Shown piece by piece: positions 9,980 through 21,311 of a stretch of DNA of 27,841 nucleotides. The notes under the pieces were generated by a model. It was not told the origin of the DNA, did no database searches, and saw only the letters and a program-made list of their open reading frames with translations. Positions within the stretch are counted from its first letter, which is position 1; each line of letters begins with the position of its first letter. This stretch comes from Octopus sinensis (Eukaryota): contig NW_021836273.1 of the NCBI RefSeq assembly GCF_006345805.1, forward strand, positions 1 to 27,841, in the 5' to 3' direction. A program made the translations under genes and the position numbers.

Positions 9980-10839
9980 ATGTATGCGCAGGTTTCGAAG
10001 CAGTTCAAATATATAATATTTTTCTCTTATTCGCAAATATGACTCCGTGGTTAAGATTAACACAGTCCAATCTACATCCAATATCCATATATTCTCATCA
10101 CCATTCTCCCCAAAACTTTTACCTTTAAGAATATAACAAATATAGCTACGATTCCTTCCTTTCGAATATGGACACCATAATATTATATAGACCAGCTCAG
10201 CGAAGCTTCCATCATTAAACGCTTATCTTTACCTCACTTCACTTTCTTAAATCATCCTTTCTTTTCACCTCACTCCCTTCTCCTCGAAACTATTCATAAA
10301 TGGCCAGAACTTTCTTCGGAACACCTTAATTAAAACTTGAAAAGGCGAAATATCAAAGTCTAAATTATACCAATAATTATTATTTTCAGCTTTTAATAAA
10401 TCATCACCGTACTCAACAATTATTATTGAGATGAGATACATTCATCGACGCTTGATTTAGATTCGTAAATCTCGGGTAGCCACTGAAACTTATTGATTCC
10501 ACTTTAAGAAGACTCACTACTATAATCAAAGCGCTACATGTTCCTGTTCTAAATATTACCATTAACTGCTATGCTGTAAACGAAATTAATTGATTTTCTT
10601 ATACTCGGTACTTGTTGCACTTTCAAGTTAGGCTCCTGTGCAGATGTTTCAGATTATTTATATTATAAAATTATCATATTTAACTGAAGACCAATACTAA
10701 TAATATAGCATAATGCACTCTCGGTTAGAAAATAAGTATAGAGCAAGTGTTATGTAAGAGAGGAAGAATATGCTGAGAATCTTAGAGGCTTGCGTATGCA
10801 TACGTACATATATAGTTATATACATGTATATATGTATAT

Positions 10840-10920
10840 TTATCTATCTCTCCATCTCTTTCTCTCTCTCTCTCTCTTTATATATATATATATATAGATA
10901 TATTATATATATATATATGC

Positions 10921-10993
<73 letters not shown>

Positions 10994-11141
10994 GTATATG
11001 TATATATAAATAATATGTATGTATGTATGTACATACATACATACATACACACAGACCACACACACATATATATATGTATATATATATGTATATATATTAT
11101 TAATATATATATATGTATAAATTTGTATATATATGTATATA

Positions 11142-11190
<49 letters not shown>

Positions 11191-11207
11191 TATACATATA
11201 TATATAC
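10840..11207. repeat. (CT)n/(TA)n/(CATA)n compound microsatellite
   Basis: Seen directly. Confidence 0.92.
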
Positions 11208-11256
11208 AGGGTGCTGCAGAAGCAACGCCCTTTATGCATTTAATAACTTTTATAGT

Positions 11257-11450
11257 ATTCTTTTATTCTTTTACTTGTTTCAGTCACCTGACTGCGGCCA
11301 TGCTGGAGCACCGCCTTTAGTCAAGCAAATCAAACCCAGGCCTTATTCTTTGTAAGTCTACAACTTATTCTATCGGTCACTTGAGCTGAACAGCTAAGTT
11401 ACTGGAACGTAAACACACAAGCATTGGTCGTCAAGCGATGATGGGGGGAC

Positions 11451-11524
<74 letters not shown>

Positions 11525-11684
11525 CGACGGGCTTCTTTCAGTTTCCTTGTACCAAATCCACTCACAAGGCTTTGGTTGGCCCGAGGCTATAGTAGAAATT
11601 ACTCGCCCAAGGTGCTACGCAGTAGGACTGAACCAGGAACCGTGCGGCTGGTTAGCAAGCTACTTACCACACAGCCACTCCTGC
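11257..11684 (-). mobile_element. SINE S3, full length, more diverged, expanded CA/TA repeat
   Basis: Colinear with 7831-8245. Confidence 0.9.
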
Positions 11685-11779
11685 TGTTTATTAATTATTT
11701 TTTCTGTATTGAAGAGAAATTTATTGAATTACTTAAAGAAACGAATAATTATCTAATGAAAAAATAATCGCAGAATTTT

Positions 11780-11866
11780 ATATATGTATATATATATATA
11801 ATATATATATATATTATATATATTATATATATATAATATATATCTATATACATATTATATTATATA

Positions 11867-11941
<75 letters not shown>

Positions 11942-11942
11942 T
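11780..11942. repeat. (TA)n/(TATG)n microsatellite
   Basis: Seen directly. Confidence 0.92.
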
Positions 11943-12239
11943 TGATAAATAACATCTTCAGAGAGAACAAATGGTTTCACTGTCTTTACGACAAGAATTG
12001 ATCACAGAGCATAGGAATTGTATCCAATGTTTTCATGCATCACTTTCTGACAATCCACTCTGACACCGGAATTTCTTTAGTTATGGCCCTCATTGATTCT
12101 TCCAGTATCATCATATCGATAAGGCTTTGAAGTTGTTAGATGAATTTTGTTGCCCTTATAGGGTTGAAATATTTTCGCAATAGTCTTCGAATATAATCCA
12201 AAGTTTGTGTACTACAGTTGCGGGATTGAACATTTCTAA

Positions 12240-12603
12240 ATCGTAATGTTTCACATATATTCCGAAATTATTTTATTGTTTTATCTTGGACCTGATGAGT
12301 GACTATATTTAAATTGAATTGATTTTATTGTTATCAATTTGAAAATATAGCCACGAAAAACGTGTAGAGTATTTACTAATTATGTAATATCTATTTTTCA
12401 TTTTGTACTTTATTTAGTTCTAGGAAATTGTTTTATCGTATCTTTAATTTTTTCTATATGGCATGATTTAAGTATATCATTATTGAATTGCTAAATGGTG
12501 GTTCTTCTCTAATTTATATACTTGTTTTATATATTGTGAAATTTAATTTAGTATTACAAAATTGATTTTTTCCTTGTAAGTTTGGAATCAAATTCCCTAA
12601 TAT

Positions 12604-12610
<7 letters not shown>
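12240..12610 (+). mobile_element. AT-rich repeat with decayed hammerhead-like motif, putative PLE remnant
   Basis: CUGAUGA 12292-12298, long stem 12299-12316/12335-12354, GAAA 12355-12358; 3' end (tgattttttccttgtaagtttgg...ttccctaatatt) shared with ~21190-21235. Confidence 0.5.
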
Positions 12611-12673
<63 letters not shown>

Positions 12674-12685
12674 GATAGATAGTAT

Positions 12686-12748
<63 letters not shown>

Positions 12749-12765
12749 GTGTGTGCACGTGTGTG
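12606..12765. repeat. (TA)n/(AGAT)n microsatellite
   Basis: Seen directly. Confidence 0.93.
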
Positions 12766-12962
12766 TTTGTGTTCGTGAAGTGTGTTTGTTCGCCTCATCA
12801 CCACTTAACAACCGGCATTGGTGTGTTTATGTACCCGCAACTTAGTGGTTTGGTAAAAAGGGCCAATAGTATAAGTACTAGGCTTAAAAAAGTAAGTCCA
12901 GAGGTGGATTTGTTCGACTAAAACTCCTCGAAGTGGGGCCCCAGCATGGCTACACGCAGATG
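12761..12962 (+). mobile_element. SINE S3 tail portion, old
   Basis: Decayed match to 3000-3180 (ataagtactaggctt, ccccagcatggc). Confidence 0.7.
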
Positions 12963-12991
12963 AATATATATGTATATATATATATATATAT

Positions 12992-13078
12992 ATCACAATC
13001 AAGGAATGGCCATAATAGGCCTTCACCCACTTATTTCTAGTGGGTGAAGGCCTATTATAGCCATTCCTTGATTGTGAT
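12992..13078. repeat. Near-perfect inverted repeat: 40-bp arms, 7-nt loop
   Basis: 12992-13031 pairs with 13039-13078; one mismatch (C13011/A13059). Confidence 0.95.
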
Positions 13079-13177
13079 GTTGTGAACTTATAAATGGTCT
13101 ATGACTATTTAATTTTTCCCACTTAGGCGCTGGTGGCAAATAAATTCTACGAAATTTTTGCCACCCTATATGGATTA

Positions 13178-13186
13178 AATATATAT

Positions 13187-13231
<45 letters not shown>

Positions 13232-13244
13232 TGTGTGTGTGTGT

Positions 13245-13281
<37 letters not shown>
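13178..13281. repeat. (TA)n(TG)n microsatellite
   Basis: Seen directly. Confidence 0.93.
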
Positions 13282-13283
<2 letters not shown>

Positions 13284-13552
13284 TTTAGGGCGCAGGACTC
13301 GCGGTCGAGGGATCGCGGTTTCGATTCCCAGACCGGGCGTTGTGTGTGTTTATTGAGCGAAAACACCTAAAAAAGCTCCACGAGGTCCGGCAGGGGGTGG
13401 TGATCCCTGCTGTGTACTCTTTCACCACTCTTTCTCCCACTTTCTTCTGTTGGCCTGCTCGCTTAGCCAGCGGGTGGTGGCGTTCGTTCGAAGGCTAAAA
13501 CAATGCGACGCATTGTGACCAGCGATGTGTAGCAACATCTGATGGTCTGGTC
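13279..13552 (+). mobile_element. S1-head SINE with alternative tail T3, 5' end clipped
   Basis: Matches S1 up to ~13450, then an unrelated tail ending gcaacatctgatggtctggtc. Confidence 0.85.
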
Positions 13553-13562
13553 ATATATATAC

Positions 13563-13616
<54 letters not shown>

Positions 13617-13655
13617 CTTTCTCGTGTACGTGGAAACATATACCTATATATATAT

Positions 13656-13890
13656 GGCGAGCTGGCAGAAACGTTAGCACACCGGGCGAAATCGTAGCCG
13701 TATTTCATCTTGTCCTTACGTTCCGAGTTCAAGTTCCGCCGAGGTCGACTTTGCCTTTCATCCTTTCGGGTCGATCGATATATTAAGTACCATACGCACT
13801 GGGTCGATGTAATCGACTTAATCTCTTTGTCTGTCTTTGTTTGTCCTCTTCTGTGTTTTGGCCCCTTGTGGGTAGTAAAGAAAAAAAAAA
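13656..13890 (+). mobile_element. SINE family A, with head, ending in an A-run
   Basis: Head ggcgagctggcagaaacgttagc, B-box-like gagttcaagttcc, body shared with 619-881. Confidence 0.85.
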
Positions 13891-14130
13891 AAATATATAT
13901 ATATATTATATAAAAATATATATATATATATAAAAATATATTATATATATATGTATGTAGATGTATGTATGTATGAATGTATGTATGTATGTATGTATGT
14001 ATATTAGACATCCACGTGATAGACATCATAATATAACGATAGATAAACCAATCACCGGGAATTATTATCTCCCTTTCACTCGCACGCTCTCATACTTCTA
14101 CCCTCGATCACCCACCCTCTAAATCCCTCA

Positions 14131-14164
<34 letters not shown>

Positions 14165-14509
14165 TCCCAACCTTTCGATCTATGGCTACAGTAATGATAT
14201 AAACATTATATTCGCCTTCAAATAACATTAGATCCATGCCTCCGCGATATCATTTATCTCACTCAAGGCAAGTCTTTAAAGGCGCGAGATTAAATTTCGG
14301 AAACCATTAATTCCATCCCGACATTTCATATTTGTTTGACATAATTTAATATACGGTTTTCATTTCCATGACACGTATAGTGGTATAACACTAAAACCAG
14401 TTAATATATTATATTTCATCATTTCAAAAATAAAACTTGATACTTGGATGTGTGCCGGTGAAGGAGAAAGAATTGATTTTATGCAGATTCCATCGTTGGC
14501 ATGGACATA

Positions 14510-14743
14510 GTCAAAGGTTATGTCAAATAGCAATGGTTGATTTATTTGAAATCATGAAATTAAACAAACGTTAAACAGAGCAAAGATGTTTTTTTCTCAT
14601 CGTGACATATATATTAGAAAGTTGTACATCGATGTACGTGATATGGATAGACATATTCGTGTATGTGTGTTACTATGTGACCCCGTACTGTATATGTACG
14701 TGAGTGTGTGTTTGTATTTATCTCTATATATATATGTGTGTGT

Positions 14744-14781
<38 letters not shown>

Positions 14782-14809
14782 TGTGTGTGTATATATAATG
14801 TATGCATGT
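14510..14809 (-). repeat. ~300-bp duplicated unit, copy 2, uninterrupted
   Basis: Reverse complement of the spliced 8459-9538; about two differences in ~196 bp outside the microsatellite. Confidence 0.92.
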
Positions 14810-14998
14810 ATAGATGATAAATGAATGGAATCCATATGTGAATATACATGTCTATATTTACATCCACGCGCGTGAACTGAGATGTGTGATCGATAAAATA
14901 AGGTGATATGAAATATTTTCTGAACGATCACACCTATGATTTACGTGTGTGAAATTCGGAATGAACAACCAACTGTGCTTTGCGTGTATGCGTATGTG

Positions 14999-15032
<34 letters not shown>

Positions 15033-15033
<1 letters not shown>

Positions 15034-16136
15034 TCCTTAAATCCTTAAATCCTTAAAAATGTTTTAGCCCGAAGGCCGCGGCCATGCTGGGGCACCACCG
15101 CTGAATGAGCCAACACTAGTTTGTGAATCCACCTCTGATACTGGCACTTGATCAACAAGGGAGTTCGATGCTGCTGCCCGCATCCGTGTCTCCTGTCGTG
15201 AGGTAGGTTCATCATGGGACTCCCAACAAGAAGAGATCCAGTTTAGTTTTAAAGAAACCCACATCCAACCACCATGTAAGTCTCTCAGGCATTTAGGGAG
15301 GATGTTTGAAAGCTGTGGTCCTCTGAAACCCAAGCTGTTGCAGTATCTGGACCTGTATTTGATGGTGATGTTGGAATCCTTGGCACCACGCAGCGGCGCC
15401 CCGTTCTGTGGTTGGAGTAACTTGAATGCCAAAGTGTTTGGATAAGACCCTCCAGGATTTTCCAGATGTATATTACTGCATATCTCTCCCGCCCTCCGCT
15501 CCAGGGAGAAGAGGTTTAATACCCCTTCAGTCTTTCCCAGTAGCTGACATTTTGCATTGAGACGATTTTTCTTTGTGTAGCTTCTCTGAGTTGCTTCGAG
15601 TTCTGCTGTTTGTTTTTATATTGTGTGGTGACCAAGTTGGGAGCAGTAGTCCAAGCGGCTGAGGACAATGTTTTCCATAGGACCATCAGTGTCTCCTTCT
15701 CTCTTGTTCTGAAAGTTCGGAGAATCCATCCAGCTAGCCGTCTGCATTTTATCACCAGATTAGCAATATGCATTTGGAAAGATGCATCATTGCTCATGTC
15801 AATGCCCAGGTCACGCACTGATTTTGACTCAGGGATTGCATTCTTCTTCCTGGGCCAGTGTATCCAGTCTTTCATTTACCTTTGTGTGCCAGTAGCGCAG
15901 GGCCTGGAACTTACCTGCATTAAACTGCATGTTGTTGTCCTCAGCCCACCTGTATATTGTGTCCAGCTCATGTTGCAGATGCGCATATTTTCAGGGTTCT
16001 GTATTGCGTGGGGAGACCTTTGTGTCATCTGCATAGCTAGCAAGGGTGGTCATCGTAGCAACTGAAGGCATGTCTGAAAGGGCCACTATGAACATCAGTG
16101 GCCCCAAGACAGTGCCCTGTGGGACACCGCTTGTTA
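15033..16136 (-). mobile_element. 5'-truncated non-LTR retrotransposon (LINE, probably CR1/L2 group), frameshifted RT C-terminal half
   Basis: SGVPQGTVLGP and YADD motifs; LQHELDTIYRWAEDNNMQFNAGKFQ; VRDLGIDM; YWERLK. 3' tandem tail (ATCCTTAA)3 at 15033-15056; flanked by (TA)n on both sides. Clade call is inference. Confidence 0.93.
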
Positions 16137-16197
16137 TATATATATATATACCAATACACAGACATAAGTATACATGTATATATATATATGTATGTTC

Positions 16198-16355
16198 TTT
16201 TTTCTTTTTATTTGTTTCACTCCTTTGAATGTGGCCATGCTGGAGCAAATCGACCCCAGGACTTATTCTTTGTAAGCCTAGTACTTATTCTATCGGTTTT
16301 CAAGCGATGTTGGTGGGACAAACACAGACACACAAACATATACATACACACACCA

Positions 16356-16427
<72 letters not shown>

Positions 16428-16513
16428 TACGATGGGCTTCTTTCTGTTTCCGTCTACCAAATCTACTCACAAGGCTTTGGTCGGCCCGAGACTATAGTAG
16501 AAAACACTTGCCT
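16198..16513 (-). mobile_element. SINE S3, headless with deletions
   Basis: Matches the S3 tail and centre. Confidence 0.85.
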
Positions 16514-16902
16514 ATATATATATATAATATATAAAATTCAGAAACGAACTAAAAGTAGCGCTAGTGTTGTAAACTTTATCGACCGTACTTTAGTGCCTGA
16601 GGGAGGACTCCCTCAGTGTCTCTATAATTTTCAAGTATTTTAAGACACAAGGCAATGAGGTGTCATCTTTTAGGCGCTATCGGCAGTTAAGCGACGAATA
16701 AGCAGAAAACACTGAGAATGTGCGGTCGTTAAGATATATGCATGTGTGTGTGTGTGTGTGTGTGTGTACGTGTGTGTGTGTGTGTGTGTGTTGCGTGCGC
16801 GTGATGTTCAATCGTTAATCCCAACACTTTTTTCTCTCTCCACTCCATATTTTTCTCTCATATTTTTCTGTTCAAGTGCGTAGGCTCGAAACGCCACATA
16901 TA

Positions 16903-17318
16903 TACTCTCTTTTACTCTTTTACTTGTTTCAGTCATTTGACTGCGGCCATGCTGGAGCACCGCCTTTTAGTCGAGCAAATCGACCCCGGGACTTATTCTT
17001 TGTAAGCCAAGTACTTATTCTATCGGTCTCATTTGCCGAACCGCTAAGTAACGGGGACGTAAACACACCAGCATCGGTTGACAAGCAATGCTAGGGGGAC
17101 AAACACAGACACACAAACATATACACACACACTTATATACATATATACATATATACGACAGGCTTCTTTCAGTATCCGTCTACCAAATCCACTCACAAGG
17201 CTTTGGTCGGCTCGGGGCTATAGCAGAAGACACTTGCCCAAGATGCCACGCAGTGGGACTGAACCCGGAACCATGTGGCTGGTTAGCAAGCTACTTACCA
17301 CACAGCCACTCCTGCGCC
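16903..17318 (-). mobile_element. SINE S3, full length
   Basis: Colinear with 7831-8245; catatata on both flanks is a possible TSD. Confidence 0.93.
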
Positions 17319-17637
17319 ATATATATATATATATATGAAAAGAGCTTTTCTTTTGTATATGCTATACTAAGTTTAAATACACAAATAAGTTCAAGTATTC
17401 CGTGAAGCATTTCCTATTTATCATATATTGTTATTAACTTCTTACAATGTATTTGAATCAGTAATGTTCCTAAATCCACATGCAACGTTTCTAGATCATC
17501 ACAGTCTGATTTTCGATTTTCAATAATTGAATTGAATATATTTGGCGTTAGAATTGTTTCTGTTATTCTGATTGAAATCGTGTAATACTTTCCTGCCAAA
17601 CGCTTGTTTGACTGCTAGTAGTCAATTGTTTTTATGT

Positions 17638-18044
17638 ATACTCTTTACTCTTTTACTTGTTTCAGTCATTTGACTGCGGCTATGCTGGAGCACCGCCTTT
17701 TAATCGAGCAAATCGACCACGGGACTTATTCTTTTGTAAGCCCAGTACTTATTCTATCTGTCTCTTTTGCCGAACCGCAAAAGTAACGGGGACCTAAACA
17801 TACCAGCATCGGTTGTCAAGCAATGCTAGGGGGACAAACACAGACACACAACACACGCACGCATATATATATGTACATATATACGACGGGCTTCTTTCAG
17901 TTTCCGTCTACCAAATCCACTCACAAGGCATTGGTCGGCCCGAGGCTATAGTAGAAGACACTTGCCCAAGGTGCCACGCAGTGGGACTGAACCCGGAACC
18001 ATGTGGTTGGTAAACAAGCTACTTACCACACAGATACTCCTGCG
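17638..18044 (-). mobile_element. SINE S3, full length
   Basis: Colinear with other S3 copies. Confidence 0.93.
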
Positions 18045-18185
18045 TGGTATATATCCAATTGTTAATTTATTTATGTGTGTGTTTACGGGTTTATTTTAGA
18101 ATTGTACTGCGATATGAATACATTTTCCGTAATCAATTTTTACGTGGAATTCTGTAAAATATTTTCCACAAATATTTTCCTATCT

Positions 18186-18606
18186 GTGGAGGCGCAATGG
18201 CCTAGTGGTTAGGGCAGCGGACTCGCAGTCGGAGTATCGCGGTTTCGATTCCCAGATAGGGTACTGTGTGTGTGTTTATTGAGCGAAAACACCTAAAGCC
18301 CCACGAAGCTCCGGCAGGGGGTTGGGGGTGGCGGCTGTTGTACTCTGTTGTACTCTTTTGCCACAGCTTTCTCTCACTGTTTCTTCCTGTCTCTTGAGTA
18401 ACACTGCGATGAACTGGGGTCCCGTCCAGCTGTTGTACTCTTTTGCCACAGCTTTCTCTCACTGTTTCTTCCTGTCTCTTGAGTAACACTGCGATGAACT
18501 GGCGTCCCGTCCAGCTGGTGGGGGTGGGACACATACGCCATAGAAACCGGGAAACCGTGCCCATGAGTCTGGCTAGGCTTCAAAAGGGCGCATAAATAAA
18601 TAATAA
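18186..18606 (+). mobile_element. S1-head SINE with tail T2 and internal 85-bp tandem duplication
   Basis: TSD attttcctatct (18174-18185, 18607-18618); duplication 18345-18429/18430-18514; tail matches 5501-5604. Confidence 0.9.
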
Positions 18607-18707
18607 ATTTTCCTATCTAATTTTGTTTTCTTGTGTGTACTGCAAATTTGTACAATAACCACGTGTTGCAAGTGCATGAGAAAGGCCGCATGAAATCAAT
18701 TAATATG

Positions 18708-19088
18708 AGGAAGCACTCCGTCGGTTACGACGATGAGGGTTCCGGTTGATCCGATCAACGGAACAGCCTGCTCGTGAAATTAACGTGTAAGTGGCTGAGC
18801 ACTCCACAGACACGTGCACCCTTAACGTAGTTCTCGGAGATATTCAGCGTGACACAGAGAGTGACAAGGCCGGCCCTTTGAAATACAGGTACAACAGAAA
18901 CAGGAAGTAAGAGTGAGAGAAAGTTGTGGTGAAAGAGTACAGCAGGGATCACCACCATCTCCTGTCGGATCCTCGTGGAGCTTTAGGTGTTTTCGCTCAA
19001 TAAACACTCACAACGCCCGGTCTGGGAATCGAAACTGCGATCCTACGACCGCGAGTCCGCTGCCCTAACCACTGGGCCATTGCGCCTC
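18708..19088 (-). mobile_element. SINE S1, full length
   Basis: 11-bp TSD caattaatatg (18697-18707, 19089-19099). Confidence 0.96.
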
Positions 19089-20120
19089 CAATTAATATGT
19101 AAGACACACCACAACCTCGAAACATATTAAGCTCATTCTTTTTTAAAATGAGCCTGTATAGGTCTAGAAACATCGGAAATTTATTCTGAAAATCTACTGT
19201 ACAAAGGCAACAGTAAAGCAGCTAATAAAAATAATTATAAAATCTAAAATAAATATTCCGTTGTGTCTGGGGAGAGTCATTTTCTTTTTGTGCCTTACAA
19301 TGTAACACACTCACCGGTAAAATTTCCTCTTATTTCATATTTTTATTCTCCTAAAATTTTTGTTGCGTCTTTGAACATTTTCAATAGTCTTGAGTCTGTT
19401 CGTTATTTACACCGCGTTCCCTTTTGTTTGTTTGTTTGTGCGCATGTGTGTGGGTAGAAAAAGTAAAACATTGAACACAGTCGTGTATTTAACGAAACAC
19501 GTATGTGTATGTACATCTTTGCTTAACTCTCAAACGAGGATGTTTATTCCTAATAGATGGATTCTCTTTGATTGTTTATTAAGCTAATCATGGCTAACTC
19601 GAAGATAAACAGCAAAAACAGCGCAAATGCAGAAGCTTTGAGAAATTAATGAATATTTATGTGCATTTACAAGGACTGCAGCAGATTACATACGCCATGT
19701 TGTTTATATGCTAAAGCAGATTTATATAAACTTCTCACAATGGAGACACGCTATATAAGACAATAATAATTTTCGCAACGCATTAAGATTTCTTAACAAC
19801 GAAATATCATATCACGTGTCACTAGTCATGTGTCTAATTGTTTGGACATGTAATCAGACCCCAAATATATTTCACAGCTAAATAATCGTAATAATTTATC
19901 AACATTGACTATATATGTCGACAACAAATTAAAAATTGGCTACAAACAGTCTGGAAAATTCTATTCAAGATATATAATGTCATCAGATTGTTTTTCTTGT
20001 TTTGTTGTAGGTTAACTCTTGCCAATATTAAGCAGTTTTGGTTTATGTTTTAATTTAAATTGTTGTTATTAAATCTAGTAAATAGGCAAAATCATGAACC
20101 ATAAAGTTGTATTTTAATGA

Positions 20121-20225
20121 TGGCGTGGTTGTGTAAGATGTTTGCTTCCCAACCACAAATGTTCCGGCGTCAGTCGCAATGCGAGGCACCTTGGGCAAGA
20201 CTCTTCTACTAAAGCCATGTGAGTG
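20121..20225 (+). mobile_element. S3-like head/centre fragment, old
   Basis: tttgcttcccaaccaca and gcaccttgggcaagactcttctac resemble 2820-2895. Confidence 0.65.
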
Positions 20226-20252
20226 TATTCGCGAAGTATATTAATGTAGTTT

Positions 20253-20639
20253 GGATGGAAGCACTCCGTCGGTTACGACGACGAGGGTTCCGGTTGATCC
20301 GAATCAACGGAACAGCTTGCTCGTGAAATTAACGTGTAAGTGGCTGAGCACTCCACAGACACGTGTACCCTTAACGTAGTTCTCGGGGATATTCAGCGTG
20401 ACACAGAGAGTGACAAGGCCGGGCCCTTTGAAATACAGGTACAACAGAAACAGGAAGTAAGAGTCGAGAGAAAGTTTGTGTGAAATAGTACAGCAGGGAT
20501 CACCACCATCACTGCCGGAGCCTCGTGGAGCTTTAGGTGTTTTCGCTCAATAAACACTCACAATGCCCGGTGTGGGAATCGAAACCGCGATCCTATGACC
20601 GCGAGTCCGCTGCCCTAACCACTGGGCCATTGCGCCTCC
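20253..20639 (-). mobile_element. SINE S1, full length
   Basis: 13-bp TSD attaatgtagttt (20240-20252, 20640-20652). Confidence 0.96.
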
Positions 20640-20713
20640 ATTAATGTAGTTTAGAGATATATACAAAGCAAAATTTTTTATATATTAATGATCTAGGTGG
20701 AAATAGCACAGAA

Positions 20714-21008
20714 GTAAGTGTATGACGTTTCAATTTAAGAGGGAATTTGATAAAAAAGTTTTATAAAGAAAATATTACTGGGTTGATGTATCTCATCTGA
20801 TTTAATATCAGTAAAAATTAGAAGTAAAAACAGTTATTCTTTTGTCTGCCCCCAGACAGAACATAAACTGTTTTTACTTCAGGTTTTTATAATTTTTACT
20901 GATATTTGATGAGATGAGATACATAGAAATTGGTAATATTTACTTTATATAATTTTTAAAAACCATTTTTATTAAATTCCCTCTTAAATTGAAATGTCTT
21001 ATACTGTA
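20714..21008. mobile_element. Fold-back (MITE-like) element, imperfect ~290-bp palindrome
   Basis: Outer arms gacgtttcaatttaagagggaatttgataaaaa / tttttattaaattccctcttaaattgaaatgtc; inner arms continue to a central tgtctg-cccc-cagaca; right end reads TA-CAGT on the minus strand. Confidence 0.7.
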
Positions 21009-21029
21009 CTTTATTCAACAACGATATGT

Positions 21030-21235
21030 TTATATATATATTATATTAAATTAGAGATAAAACCACTATTAGGCAAATCATACAAAGAAAAACTTAAGCC
21101 AATACATAAGATTAATTAATTTATATTATTTTAAATATATCAAAATTATTAAAAAAAGATAATTAGTATAAAATTGGATACAATCCTAAATCTGATTTTT
21201 CCCTGTAAGTTTGGATTTATTCCCTAATATTTTAT

Positions 21236-21240
<5 letters not shown>
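21030..21240. mobile_element. AT-rich repeat related to 12490-12610
   Basis: ~21190-21235 matches ~12563-12610 directly; ~21045-21075 resembles 12490-12520 inverted. Confidence 0.5.

Positions 21241-21309
<69 letters not shown>

Positions 21310-21311
<2 letters not shown>

Noticed and set aside
10684-10745. CUGAAGA ... GAAA ATAAGTAT A, a possible fourth hammerhead
   Set aside because: Stems I and II do not pair convincingly.
11945-12240. Possible decayed GIY-YIG or RT coding remnant upstream of the third hammerhead-like motif
   Set aside because: All frames have stops and I cannot identify a motif reliably; needs a profile search.
16597-16616. Perfect 8-bp hairpin ctgaggga-ggac-tccctcag
   Set aside because: Short and isolated; CTGAGGG is not a hammerhead core and there is no U-tract or context.
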